Source of the DNA: Pseudomonas aeruginosa PAO1
Lineage (GTDB): Bacteria; Pseudomonadota; Gammaproteobacteria; Pseudomonadales; Pseudomonadaceae
DNA length: 64,000 nucleotides
Direction: 5' to 3' (one strand)
NCBI RefSeq assembly: GCF_000006765.1
Contig: NC_002516.2
Below are positions 57,590 through 64,000 of the stretch, one piece after another. How positions within the stretch are numbered: position 1 is the first letter of the stretch; each line of letters starts with the position of its first letter. The position numbers and the translations under genes are program-made. The notes beneath the pieces were generated by a model, which saw nothing but the letters and a program-made list of their open reading frames with translations, made no database searches and was not told the origin of the DNA.

Positions 57590-58594
57590 GTGATCCGAAT
57601 GACGCTGGACGAGGTCCGCGAGCTGGCCGTGCGCATCCTGCGCCGGCACGCTTTCAGCGAAGCCCATGTACAGGCGGTGGCCGATACCCTGGTGGCGGGG
57701 GAGCGTGACGAATGCGCGTCCCACGGTATCTGGCGGTTGCTCGGCTGCATCGCCACCCTGAAGGCCGGCAAGGTATCCGCCGACGCCGAGCCGGAACTGC
57801 ACGACATCGCTCCCGGCCTGCTGCGGGTCGACGCCCATGGCGGGTTCTCCCAGTGCGCATTCCGGCTGGGGCTGCCGCATCTGCTGGAGAAGGCCCGCAG
57901 CCAGGGTATCGCGGCGATGGCGGTGAACCGCTGTGTGCATTTCTCCGCGCTATGGGTTGAGGTCGAGGCACTCACCGAGGCGGGCCTGGTGGCCCTGGCG
58001 ACCACGCCGAGTCATGCCTGGGTGGCGCCGGCGGGCGGACGCAAGCCGATCTTCGGCACCAACCCGATCGCCTTTGGCTGGCCGCGTCCGGACGGCCCGC
58101 CGTTCGTCTTCGACTTCGCCACCAGCGCCGTGGCGCGTGGCGAGATCCAGTTGCACGAACGCGCCGGCAAGCCGATCCCGCTGGGCTGGGGGGTGGACGA
58201 GCAGGGCGAGCCGACCACCGATGCCAGCGCCGCGTTGCGAGGCGCCATGCTTACTTTCGGCGGGCACAAGGGCTCGGCCCTGGCGGCGATGGTCGAACTG
58301 CTCGCCGGTCCGCTGATCGGCGACCTGACCAGTGCCGAGTCGCTGGCCTACGACGAGGGCAGCCGTTCTTCTCCCTACGGTGGCGAACTGCTGATCGCCA
58401 TCGATCCGCGGCGCATGCTCGGCGCCTCGGCGGAGGAGCACCTGGCGCGCGCCGAGACGCTGTTCGAAGGCATCGTCGAACAGGGCGCGCGCTTGCCCTC
58501 GCAGCGACGCTTCGAAGCGCGCGAACGCAGCGCCAGGGACGGCGTGACGATTCCCGAGGCGTTGCACCGGGAGCTGCTGGCGTTGCTGGAGTGA
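57590..58594 (+). CDS. dpkA: Delta1-pyrroline/piperideine-2-carboxylate reductase (Ldh_2 family; DpkA/LhpD), 334 aa
   Basis: ASHGIWRL, HFSALW, FGTNPIAF, FDFATS, FGGHKGSALA; adjacent to lhp genes. Confidence 0.88.
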   Translation: MIRMTLDEVRELAVRILRRHAFSEAHVQAVADTLVAGERDECASHGIWRLLGCIATLKAGKVSADAEPELHDIAPGLLRVDAHGGFSQCAFRLGLPHLLEKARSQGIAAMAVNRCVHFSALWVEVEALTEAGLVALATTPSHAWVAPAGGRKPIFGTNPIAFGWPRPDGPPFVFDFATSAVARGEIQLHERAGKPIPLGWGVDEQGEPTTDASAALRGAMLTFGGHKGSALAAMVELLAGPLIGDLTSAESLAYDEGSRSSPYGGELLIAIDPRRMLGASAEEHLARAETLFEGIVEQGARLPSQRRFEARERSARDGVTIPEALHRELLALLE

Positions 58595-58644
58595 GCGCAA
58601 GGCGAGGGGCCGACCGGACAGCGTGGCGCAACGAGGACGACTGC

Positions 58645-58677
58645 GTAGGGCGGATAGCGCCAACGGCGCTATCCGCC
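58645..58677. repeat. GTAG-type REP element
   Basis: GTAG followed by a perfect 13-bp stem GGCGGATAGCGCC-AAC-GGCGCTATCCGCC, between convergent genes. Confidence 0.75.
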
Positions 58678-58697
58678 ATCCAGGCTCCCAGGCGTGC

Positions 58698-60278
58698 TCA
58701 ATCCAGCGCCTCGCGCGTGCTCCGGCCATCGACCAGGCGCAGCAGGCCCAGCGGGTTGGCGTTCTTCAGGGCGTCCGGGAGCAGGCTGTCGGGGTAGTCC
58801 TGGTAGCACAGCGGGCGCAGGAAACGCTCGATGGCCAGGGTTCCCACCGAGGTGCCGCGAGCGTCGGAGGTGGCCGGGTAGGGGCCGCCGTGGACCATGG
58901 CGTCGCACACCTCGACGCCGGTCGGATAGCCGTTGAATAGCAGGCGCCCGGCCTTGCGTTCGAGCAGCGGGACCAGCCCGGCGAACGCCGCGAGGTCGTC
59001 CGCTTCGCCGATCAGGGTCGCCGACAACTGGCCGTGCAGGTTGTCCAGCGCGCGGGCAAGCTGTTCCTCGTCGGCCGCCTCGACGACCACGGTGGCCGGG
59101 CCGAACACCTCTTCCTGGAGCAGTTCGTCGCCTTCCAGCAACAGGCCCACGTCGGCCTTGAACAACTGCGGATGGGCCTGCCGTCCTTCCTGTGGCGCGC
59201 CGGCCAGGCGCCGGATGCCGGGATGGCGCTCCAGGCGTTGCAGTCCTTCGACATAGCTGCGCAAGGTACCGGCGTTGAGCATGCTCTGTGCCGGCCTGGC
59301 GGCCAGTGCCTCGCCCAGGGCCGCGACGAAGGCGTCGAAGCCGGGGGAGCGCAGGCCAAGCACCAGGCCCGGCTTGGTGCAGAACTGGCCGCAGCCGAGC
59401 GTCACCGAGGCGGCCAGCTCCTCCGCCACCTGCCGGCCGCGCCGGCGCAGGGCTTCGGGGAGCACCACCAGCGGATTGATGCTGCTCATCTCGGCGAACA
59501 CCGGGATCGGCTGCGGCCGCGCCGCTGCCAGGTCGCACAGTGCGCGCCCGCCCTTGAGCGAACCGGTGAAGCCGACCGCGCGGATGGCCGGATGGCGCAC
59601 CAGCGCCTCGCCGACGCCGCTGCCGTAGACCATGTTGAATACCCCGTCCGGCATGCCGCTGTCGGCCGCCGCCTGGAGGATCGCGTCGGCCACGCATTCG
59701 GCTGTGGCCATGTGTCCGCCGTGGGCCTTGACCACCACCGGACAGCCGGCGGCCAGGGCGGCGGCGCTGTCGCCGCCGGCGGTGGAAAAGGCCAGCGGGA
59801 AGTTGCTGGCACCGAACACCGCCACCGGGCCGAGACCGATTCGCCACTGGCGCAGGTCGGGGCGCGGCGGGGTACGCCCGGGTTGTCCGCGATCGATGCG
59901 CACGCCGTGGAAGTCGCCACGCCGCAGGACTTCGGCGAACAGCCGCAACTGGTTGGCGGTACGTGTCCGTTCGCCCTCGATACGTGCGGCGGGCAGCGCG
60001 GTCTCGCGACGGACCAGGGCGACGAAGTCGTCGCCCAGGGCGTCGAGGCGCGAGGCGATCGCCTCGAGGAATCCGGCGCGGCGCGTGGCGGACAGTTGCC
60101 GGTAGTGTGGATAGGCGCGTTCGGCGGCGCGGGCGGCGGCGTCGACCTCCGCCTCGGTGGCCTGGACGAAGGCGTAGGGCAGCGCTTCTCCGCTGTCGGC
60201 GTCGAGGCTGCGCAGGGTGAGGTTGCCGGCGGCGCTGCGAGCGCCGCCAACGTAGTTGTGACCGAGGATGCTGGGCAT
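58698..60278 (-). CDS. lhpG: Alpha-ketoglutaric semialdehyde dehydrogenase, 526 aa
   Basis: GASNFPLAFSTAGGD, GFTGS, AEMSSINP, GQFCTKPG, EEVFGP; real start MPSILG at 60278. Confidence 0.9.
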   Translation of the reverse strand: MPSILGHNYVGGARSAAGNLTLRSLDADSGEALPYAFVQATEAEVDAAARAAERAYPHYRQLSATRRAGFLEAIASRLDALGDDFVALVRRETALPAARIEGERTRTANQLRLFAEVLRRGDFHGVRIDRGQPGRTPPRPDLRQWRIGLGPVAVFGASNFPLAFSTAGGDSAAALAAGCPVVVKAHGGHMATAECVADAILQAAADSGMPDGVFNMVYGSGVGEALVRHPAIRAVGFTGSLKGGRALCDLAAARPQPIPVFAEMSSINPLVVLPEALRRRGRQVAEELAASVTLGCGQFCTKPGLVLGLRSPGFDAFVAALGEALAARPAQSMLNAGTLRSYVEGLQRLERHPGIRRLAGAPQEGRQAHPQLFKADVGLLLEGDELLQEEVFGPATVVVEAADEEQLARALDNLHGQLSATLIGEADDLAAFAGLVPLLERKAGRLLFNGYPTGVEVCDAMVHGGPYPATSDARGTSVGTLAIERFLRPLCYQDYPDSLLPDALKNANPLGLLRLVDGRSTREALD

Positions 60279-60370
60279 GGGGCCTCCCTGGGGACGGTGG
60301 ACGGAATGCTCTGCCGCTGGCCCTCGCCGGCCGCTCCCCGGGGAGCGAGGCGGCGAGGGCGGGGCGTCGG

Positions 60371-61288
60371 CTACAAGCCGACGTCCGGCAGCGCCGGCCG
60401 GCTGGCCAGGGCCTTGGCCATGATCCGCTCGACGTGCTCGCGATCGGCGCCGCGCAGGGCCAGGCGCGGTGGACGGGTGAGGGCGCTGCCGCGACCGGCG
60501 AGTTGCTCGCAGAGCTTGATGCACTGCACCAGGTCGGGACGGGCGTCGAGATGGAGGATCGGCATCAGCCACTCGTAGATCGGCATCGCCTCGGCGAAGC
60601 GCCCGGCCCTGGCCAGGCGGAAGATGGTCTCGCCTTCCTTCGGAAACACGTTGGACATTCCCGAGATCCAGCCCTGGGCACCCACCGCCACGCTTTCCAG
60701 GACCACGTCGTCGAGCCCGGCGAAGAGGATGAAGCGCTCGCCCACCTGGTTGCGTACGTCGATGAAGCGGCGGGTGTCGCCGGAGCTGTCCTTGAAGCAG
60801 ACGATGTTCTCGCAGTCGGCCAGGGAAACCAGGATGTCCGGGGTGACGTCGTTCCGGTAGATCGGCGGGTTGTTGTAGACCATCACCGGCAGGTCGGTGC
60901 CGCTGGCCACGCTGCGGAAATGCTCGGCGGTCTCGTGCGGCTTGGAGGAATAGACCAGCGCCGGCATCACCATGATGCCGTCGACGCCGACCCGCTCCAC
61001 CGCCTTGGCCACCTTCGCCGCGCCGGCGCTGGTGAACTCGGCGATCCCGCAGATCACCGGCACGCGGCCGCCGGAGGCATCCTTGGCGACCTCGGTGACG
61101 GCCATCTTCTCCTCGATGGTCAGCGAGGTGTTCTCGCCGACGCTGCCGCATACCACCAGCCCGGACACGCCGTCGCGCACCAGGTTGGAGATGACCGTGT
61201 GGGTTTCCTCCAGGTTCACCGAGAAATCGGCGTTGAATTGGGTGGTGACCGCGGGGAATACGCCGCTCCAGTTGACGTGCTTGCTCAT
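60371..61288 (-). CDS. lhpC: DapA-family Delta1-pyrroline-4-hydroxy-2-carboxylate deaminase, 305 aa
   Basis: GSVGEN, MVYNNP, FKDSSGD; hydroxyproline context. Confidence 0.88.
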   Translation of the reverse strand: MSKHVNWSGVFPAVTTQFNADFSVNLEETHTVISNLVRDGVSGLVVCGSVGENTSLTIEEKMAVTEVAKDASGGRVPVICGIAEFTSAGAAKVAKAVERVGVDGIMVMPALVYSSKPHETAEHFRSVASGTDLPVMVYNNPPIYRNDVTPDILVSLADCENIVCFKDSSGDTRRFIDVRNQVGERFILFAGLDDVVLESVAVGAQGWISGMSNVFPKEGETIFRLARAGRFAEAMPIYEWLMPILHLDARPDLVQCIKLCEQLAGRGSALTRPPRLALRGADREHVERIMAKALASRPALPDVGL

Positions 61289-61438
61289 GGTTTCTCCTTT
61301 TTTCGTATTTCGTATACGAATTCAGTCGGACCGCTGCGGTCCGAGTCACAGGGCGACGGCAGCGTTCGCCGTCATGGGCGATCCGGTACGCGCCGGATCG
61401 GTTTCCGCCCGGCCGCTGCCTGCGGTCGGGCGGGGTGG

Positions 61439-62473
61439 TCAGCAGTGGCCGCCGGGCCAGGTGTCGGACAGCCGATAGCCTTGCGGCCAGGGATCGTCCG
61501 GGTCGAGCAGGTACTGGTGGATGCCGGTGATCCAGGCCCGCCCGGACAGGCACGGGAGGATCGCCGGACGGCCGCCGAGTTCGGTCAGCGACTCGATGTG
61601 GCAGTGGAATTCCGAACCGATGATGGAGCGCCCGACGAAGCGTTCGCCGACCCGCAGCTGGCCTTTCGCCTGGAGCACCGCCATCCGCGCCGAGCAGCCG
61701 GTGCCGCAGGGCGAGCGGTCGATCTTGCCGGGGCGGATGACCACCGCGTTGTTCGCGCCGAGGACACCGTCGCGGCGCTCCGGCGGCGCGGCCAGCTGGC
61801 AGAAGGACAGATGGTCCCAGTCCGGGTTGGTCGGGTGGCGGAAGCCCAGTTGTTCGTTGGCCGCGTGGGTGATCTTCAAGCCGGTGGCGACCAGCTCGGC
61901 GGCCTCGTCGGCGCGCAGGGCGAAGCCCAGGCGCCGGGCGTCGGCGATGACGAAGCTGTCGCCGCCGTAGGCGGTGTCGACCTGTAGCGAGCCGAGGCCC
62001 TCGACTTCGATCCAGGCGTCGAGGCGGTCGGCGAACGACGGCACGTTGCGGATTTCCACCCGCTCGGCCTTGCCGTCGCGGCATTCCGCGCGGGCCTCGA
62101 TCAGCCCGCCCGGCGCTTCCAGCAGCAGCCGGGTCAGCGGTTCGCGCATCGGCAGGATGCCGCTGTCGAGCAGTACGGTGGCCACGCACAGCGAATTGGA
62201 ACCGGACATCGGCGGGGTGTCGGCCGGCTCCATGATGATCCAGCCCATCTGCGCGCGCGGGTCCTTGGCCGGCACCAGCAGATTGGCGTGGCGGAACACT
62301 CCGCCGCGCGGTTCGTTGAGGACGAAGTTGCGCAGGTCCTGGTCTCTGGCGATCCAGCGCGACTGTTCCCAGAGGGTGGCGCCGGGCGGCGCGGCGACGC
62401 CGCCGACGATCACGTCGCCGACCTCGCCTTCGGCATGGCAACTGACGATGTGGACGATCCGCTGCGAACGCAT
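61439..62473 (-). CDS. lhpK: Proline racemase/hydroxyproline epimerase-dehydratase superfamily protein (Ser/Cys type), 344 aa
   Basis: [27 protein letters not shown]. Name from recalled synteny. Confidence 0.85.
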   Translation of the reverse strand: MRSQRIVHIVSCHAEGEVGDVIVGGVAAPPGATLWEQSRWIARDQDLRNFVLNEPRGGVFRHANLLVPAKDPRAQMGWIIMEPADTPPMSGSNSLCVATVLLDSGILPMREPLTRLLLEAPGGLIEARAECRDGKAERVEIRNVPSFADRLDAWIEVEGLGSLQVDTAYGGDSFVIADARRLGFALRADEAAELVATGLKITHAANEQLGFRHPTNPDWDHLSFCQLAAPPERRDGVLGANNAVVIRPGKIDRSPCGTGCSARMAVLQAKGQLRVGERFVGRSIIGSEFHCHIESLTELGGRPAILPCLSGRAWITGIHQYLLDPDDPWPQGYRLSDTWPGGHC

Positions 62474-62498
62474 GGCTATCTCCTGTGCGGGGGCGGGC

Positions 62499-63221
62499 TC
62501 AGAGCACCGAGCGGAGGAATTCCACCGTCTCCGGCCGCTGCGGGTTGCCGATCACCTGGTCGGGGGGGCCGATCTCGTGGACCAGGCCATTGCGGAAGAA
62601 CGCCACCCGGTCGGACACGTCGCGGGCGAAGCGGATCTCGTGGGTGACCAGGACCATGGTCATGCCTTCCTCGGCGAGCAGGCGCATGGTGTCCAGCACC
62701 TCGCCGACCAACTGCGGGTCGAGCGCCGAGGTGGCTTCGTCGAACAGCATGTAGTCCGGCGACATCGCCAGCGCCCGGGCGATCGCCATGCGCTGTTGCT
62801 GGCCGCCGGAAAGGCGCTGGGGGAAGACCTTGAGCTTGTCGCCGAGACCGACGTGGGTGAGTTGCTTCAGCGCCATCGCCTCGGCTTCGGCGCGGCTCTT
62901 GCCGAGCACCTTGCGCGGCGCGAGCATGACGTTTTCCAGCACGGTCAGGTGGGGGAAGGCGTTCCACTGCTGGAAGACGATGCCGATCTTCCGCCGCAGG
63001 CGGTTGAGGTCGGTACCGCGGGCATGCACGTCGATGCCGTCGACGCGGATGCTGCCGCGCTGGATCGGCTCCAGGCCGTTGATGCACATCAGCAGGGTCG
63101 ACTTGCCGGAACCGGAGCCGCCGATGATCGACAGCACCTCGCCCTTGTCCACCCTCAGGTCGACACCCTTGACCACCTCGAACTGGCCGTAGGCCTTGTG
63201 CACGTCGTTGATCTCGATCAT
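62499..63221 (-). CDS. lhpO: Polar amino-acid ABC transporter ATPase, 240 aa
   Basis: [31 protein letters not shown]. Confidence 0.92.
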   Translation of the reverse strand: MIEINDVHKAYGQFEVVKGVDLRVDKGEVLSIIGGSGSGKSTLLMCINGLEPIQRGSIRVDGIDVHARGTDLNRLRRKIGIVFQQWNAFPHLTVLENVMLAPRKVLGKSRAEAEAMALKQLTHVGLGDKLKVFPQRLSGGQQQRMAIARALAMSPDYMLFDEATSALDPQLVGEVLDTMRLLAEEGMTMVLVTHEIRFARDVSDRVAFFRNGLVHEIGPPDQVIGNPQRPETVEFLRSVL

Positions 63222-63862
63222 TGCTGCCATCTCCGTTCCAGCCGGGCGCCGAGTCGCGCGACCACCCAGCTCATGAGGTAATAGACGAGCCCCGCGATGC
63301 AGAGCACGAAGAGCGGTTCCTGGATGCGCGTGACGATGGTCTGCGAGGCGCGCAGCAGTTCGACGATGCCGATCCAGAGCACCAGCGAGGTGTCCTTCAT
63401 CACCGACAGGGTCAGGTTGACCCAACCGGGGAAGGCCACCCGGGCGGCCATCGGCAGGACGATGTGGAACAGGTCCTGGCGATAGCTCAGGCCCAGCGAA
63501 CGCGCCGCCCGGCGCACGCTCGGCGGTACCGAGAGGACGCCGCCGCGGACCACCTCGGCGCAGTAGGCGGCGGCGTACACGCCGAGCACCAGGCAGGCCA
63601 CGGCGAAGGCGCTCCAGTCGAGGCCGAGGATGCTCTTGAAGGAATTGAGCAGGACGAACTGGATCAGCAGCGGCACGCTGCGGAATACGTCGAGCAGCGC
63701 CGCCAGCGGCAGGCTGGCGCGTGGCAGCAGGGCGCGGAGCAGGCCGAAGACGACACCCAGCAGGGTGCCGATCAGCATCGCCATGGCGGTGATGGCGAGG
63801 GTGGTCCAGGCGCCTTGCAGGAGGAACAGCAGGTCGTTGGCGGTGAGGCTGGTGGTGAACAC
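63218..63862 (-). CDS. lhpN: Amino-acid ABC transporter permease, 214 aa
   Basis: FRSVPLLIQF, AEVVRGG, EAA-like AARSLGLS, KDTSL; GTG start. Confidence 0.9.
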   Translation of the reverse strand: MFTTSLTANDLLFLLQGAWTTLAITAMAMLIGTLLGVVFGLLRALLPRASLPLAALLDVFRSVPLLIQFVLLNSFKSILGLDWSAFAVACLVLGVYAAAYCAEVVRGGVLSVPPSVRRAARSLGLSYRQDLFHIVLPMAARVAFPGWVNLTLSVMKDTSLVLWIGIVELLRASQTIVTRIQEPLFVLCIAGLVYYLMSWVVARLGARLERRWQQ

Positions 63863-63872
63863 GGCATTCCCC

Positions 63873-64000
63873 TCAGTAACGGAACAGGCGCCAGCCCAGC
63901 AGGCGGGCGGCCAGCACCAGCAGCTTGGCCATGGCGAAGTAGAGGACGGCGGCCAGGGCGAAGTATTCGAAGGTGCGGAAGGTCTTGACGTTGAGTGCTT
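63873..64000 (-). CDS. lhpM: Amino-acid ABC transporter permease (3' end only)
   Basis: ...TFRTFEYFALAAVLYFAMAKLLVLAARLLGWRLFRY*; truncated by the window end. Confidence 0.8.
   Translation of the reverse strand, partial: ALNVKTFRTFEYFALAAVLYFAMAKLLVLAARLLGWRLFRY

Noticed and set aside
58698-62441. 1247-aa ORF as a giant dehydrogenase fusion
   Set aside because: Only the last 526 aa are ALDH; the remainder overlaps lhpC and lhpK in another frame.
1-64000. CRISPR arrays, tRNA/rRNA, IS elements, integrases, prophage or defence systems
   Set aside because: I saw no regularly spaced repeats, RNA-gene signatures, transposase/recombinase motifs or target-site duplications. The AT-rich patches are short and coincide with promoter regions.

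Overview
GC-rich, gene-dense chromosomal segment. Gene content and order match Pseudomonas aeruginosa, recognised from memory as syntenic with PAO1 PA1201-PA1258. I found no rRNA, tRNA, CRISPR array, IS or integrase. From start to end: (1) a redox/electrophile-stress block (LysR, YcaC-like hydrolase, OsmC, ChrR-type quinone reductase, two pirins, KefB, a BVMO, DedA-rhodanese); (2) an 11-gene, almost fully translationally coupled biosynthetic operon on the minus strand (9504-22109) preceded by a las/rhl box; (3) mltA, two flavodoxin-like quinone reductases with LysR/TetR regulators, and an APH-like kinase; (4) two AraC-linked efflux systems; (5) a frameshifted membrane-protein remnant, hydrolase, crotonase and TetR; (6) sprP, a hybrid histidine kinase and qslA; (7) aprXDEF-aprA-aprI; (8) an MCP and the hydroxyproline (lhp) catabolic/transport genes. 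The most interesting system is the biosynthetic operon. It encodes a dissociated NRPS (Val-type A-T, stand-alone C, TE), a PhyH dioxygenase fused to a cryptic carrier domain, an IPMS/homocitrate-synthase-like enzyme fused to a cupin, a carboxyl-methyltransferase-like enzyme, an ANL ligase, an AsnB-like enzyme, a clavaminate-synthase-like oxygenase, an MFS exporter and an esterase. This enzyme set resembles beta-lactone and beta-lactam warhead pathways. The genes themselves are already annotated; I know of no assigned product, but could not check the literature.
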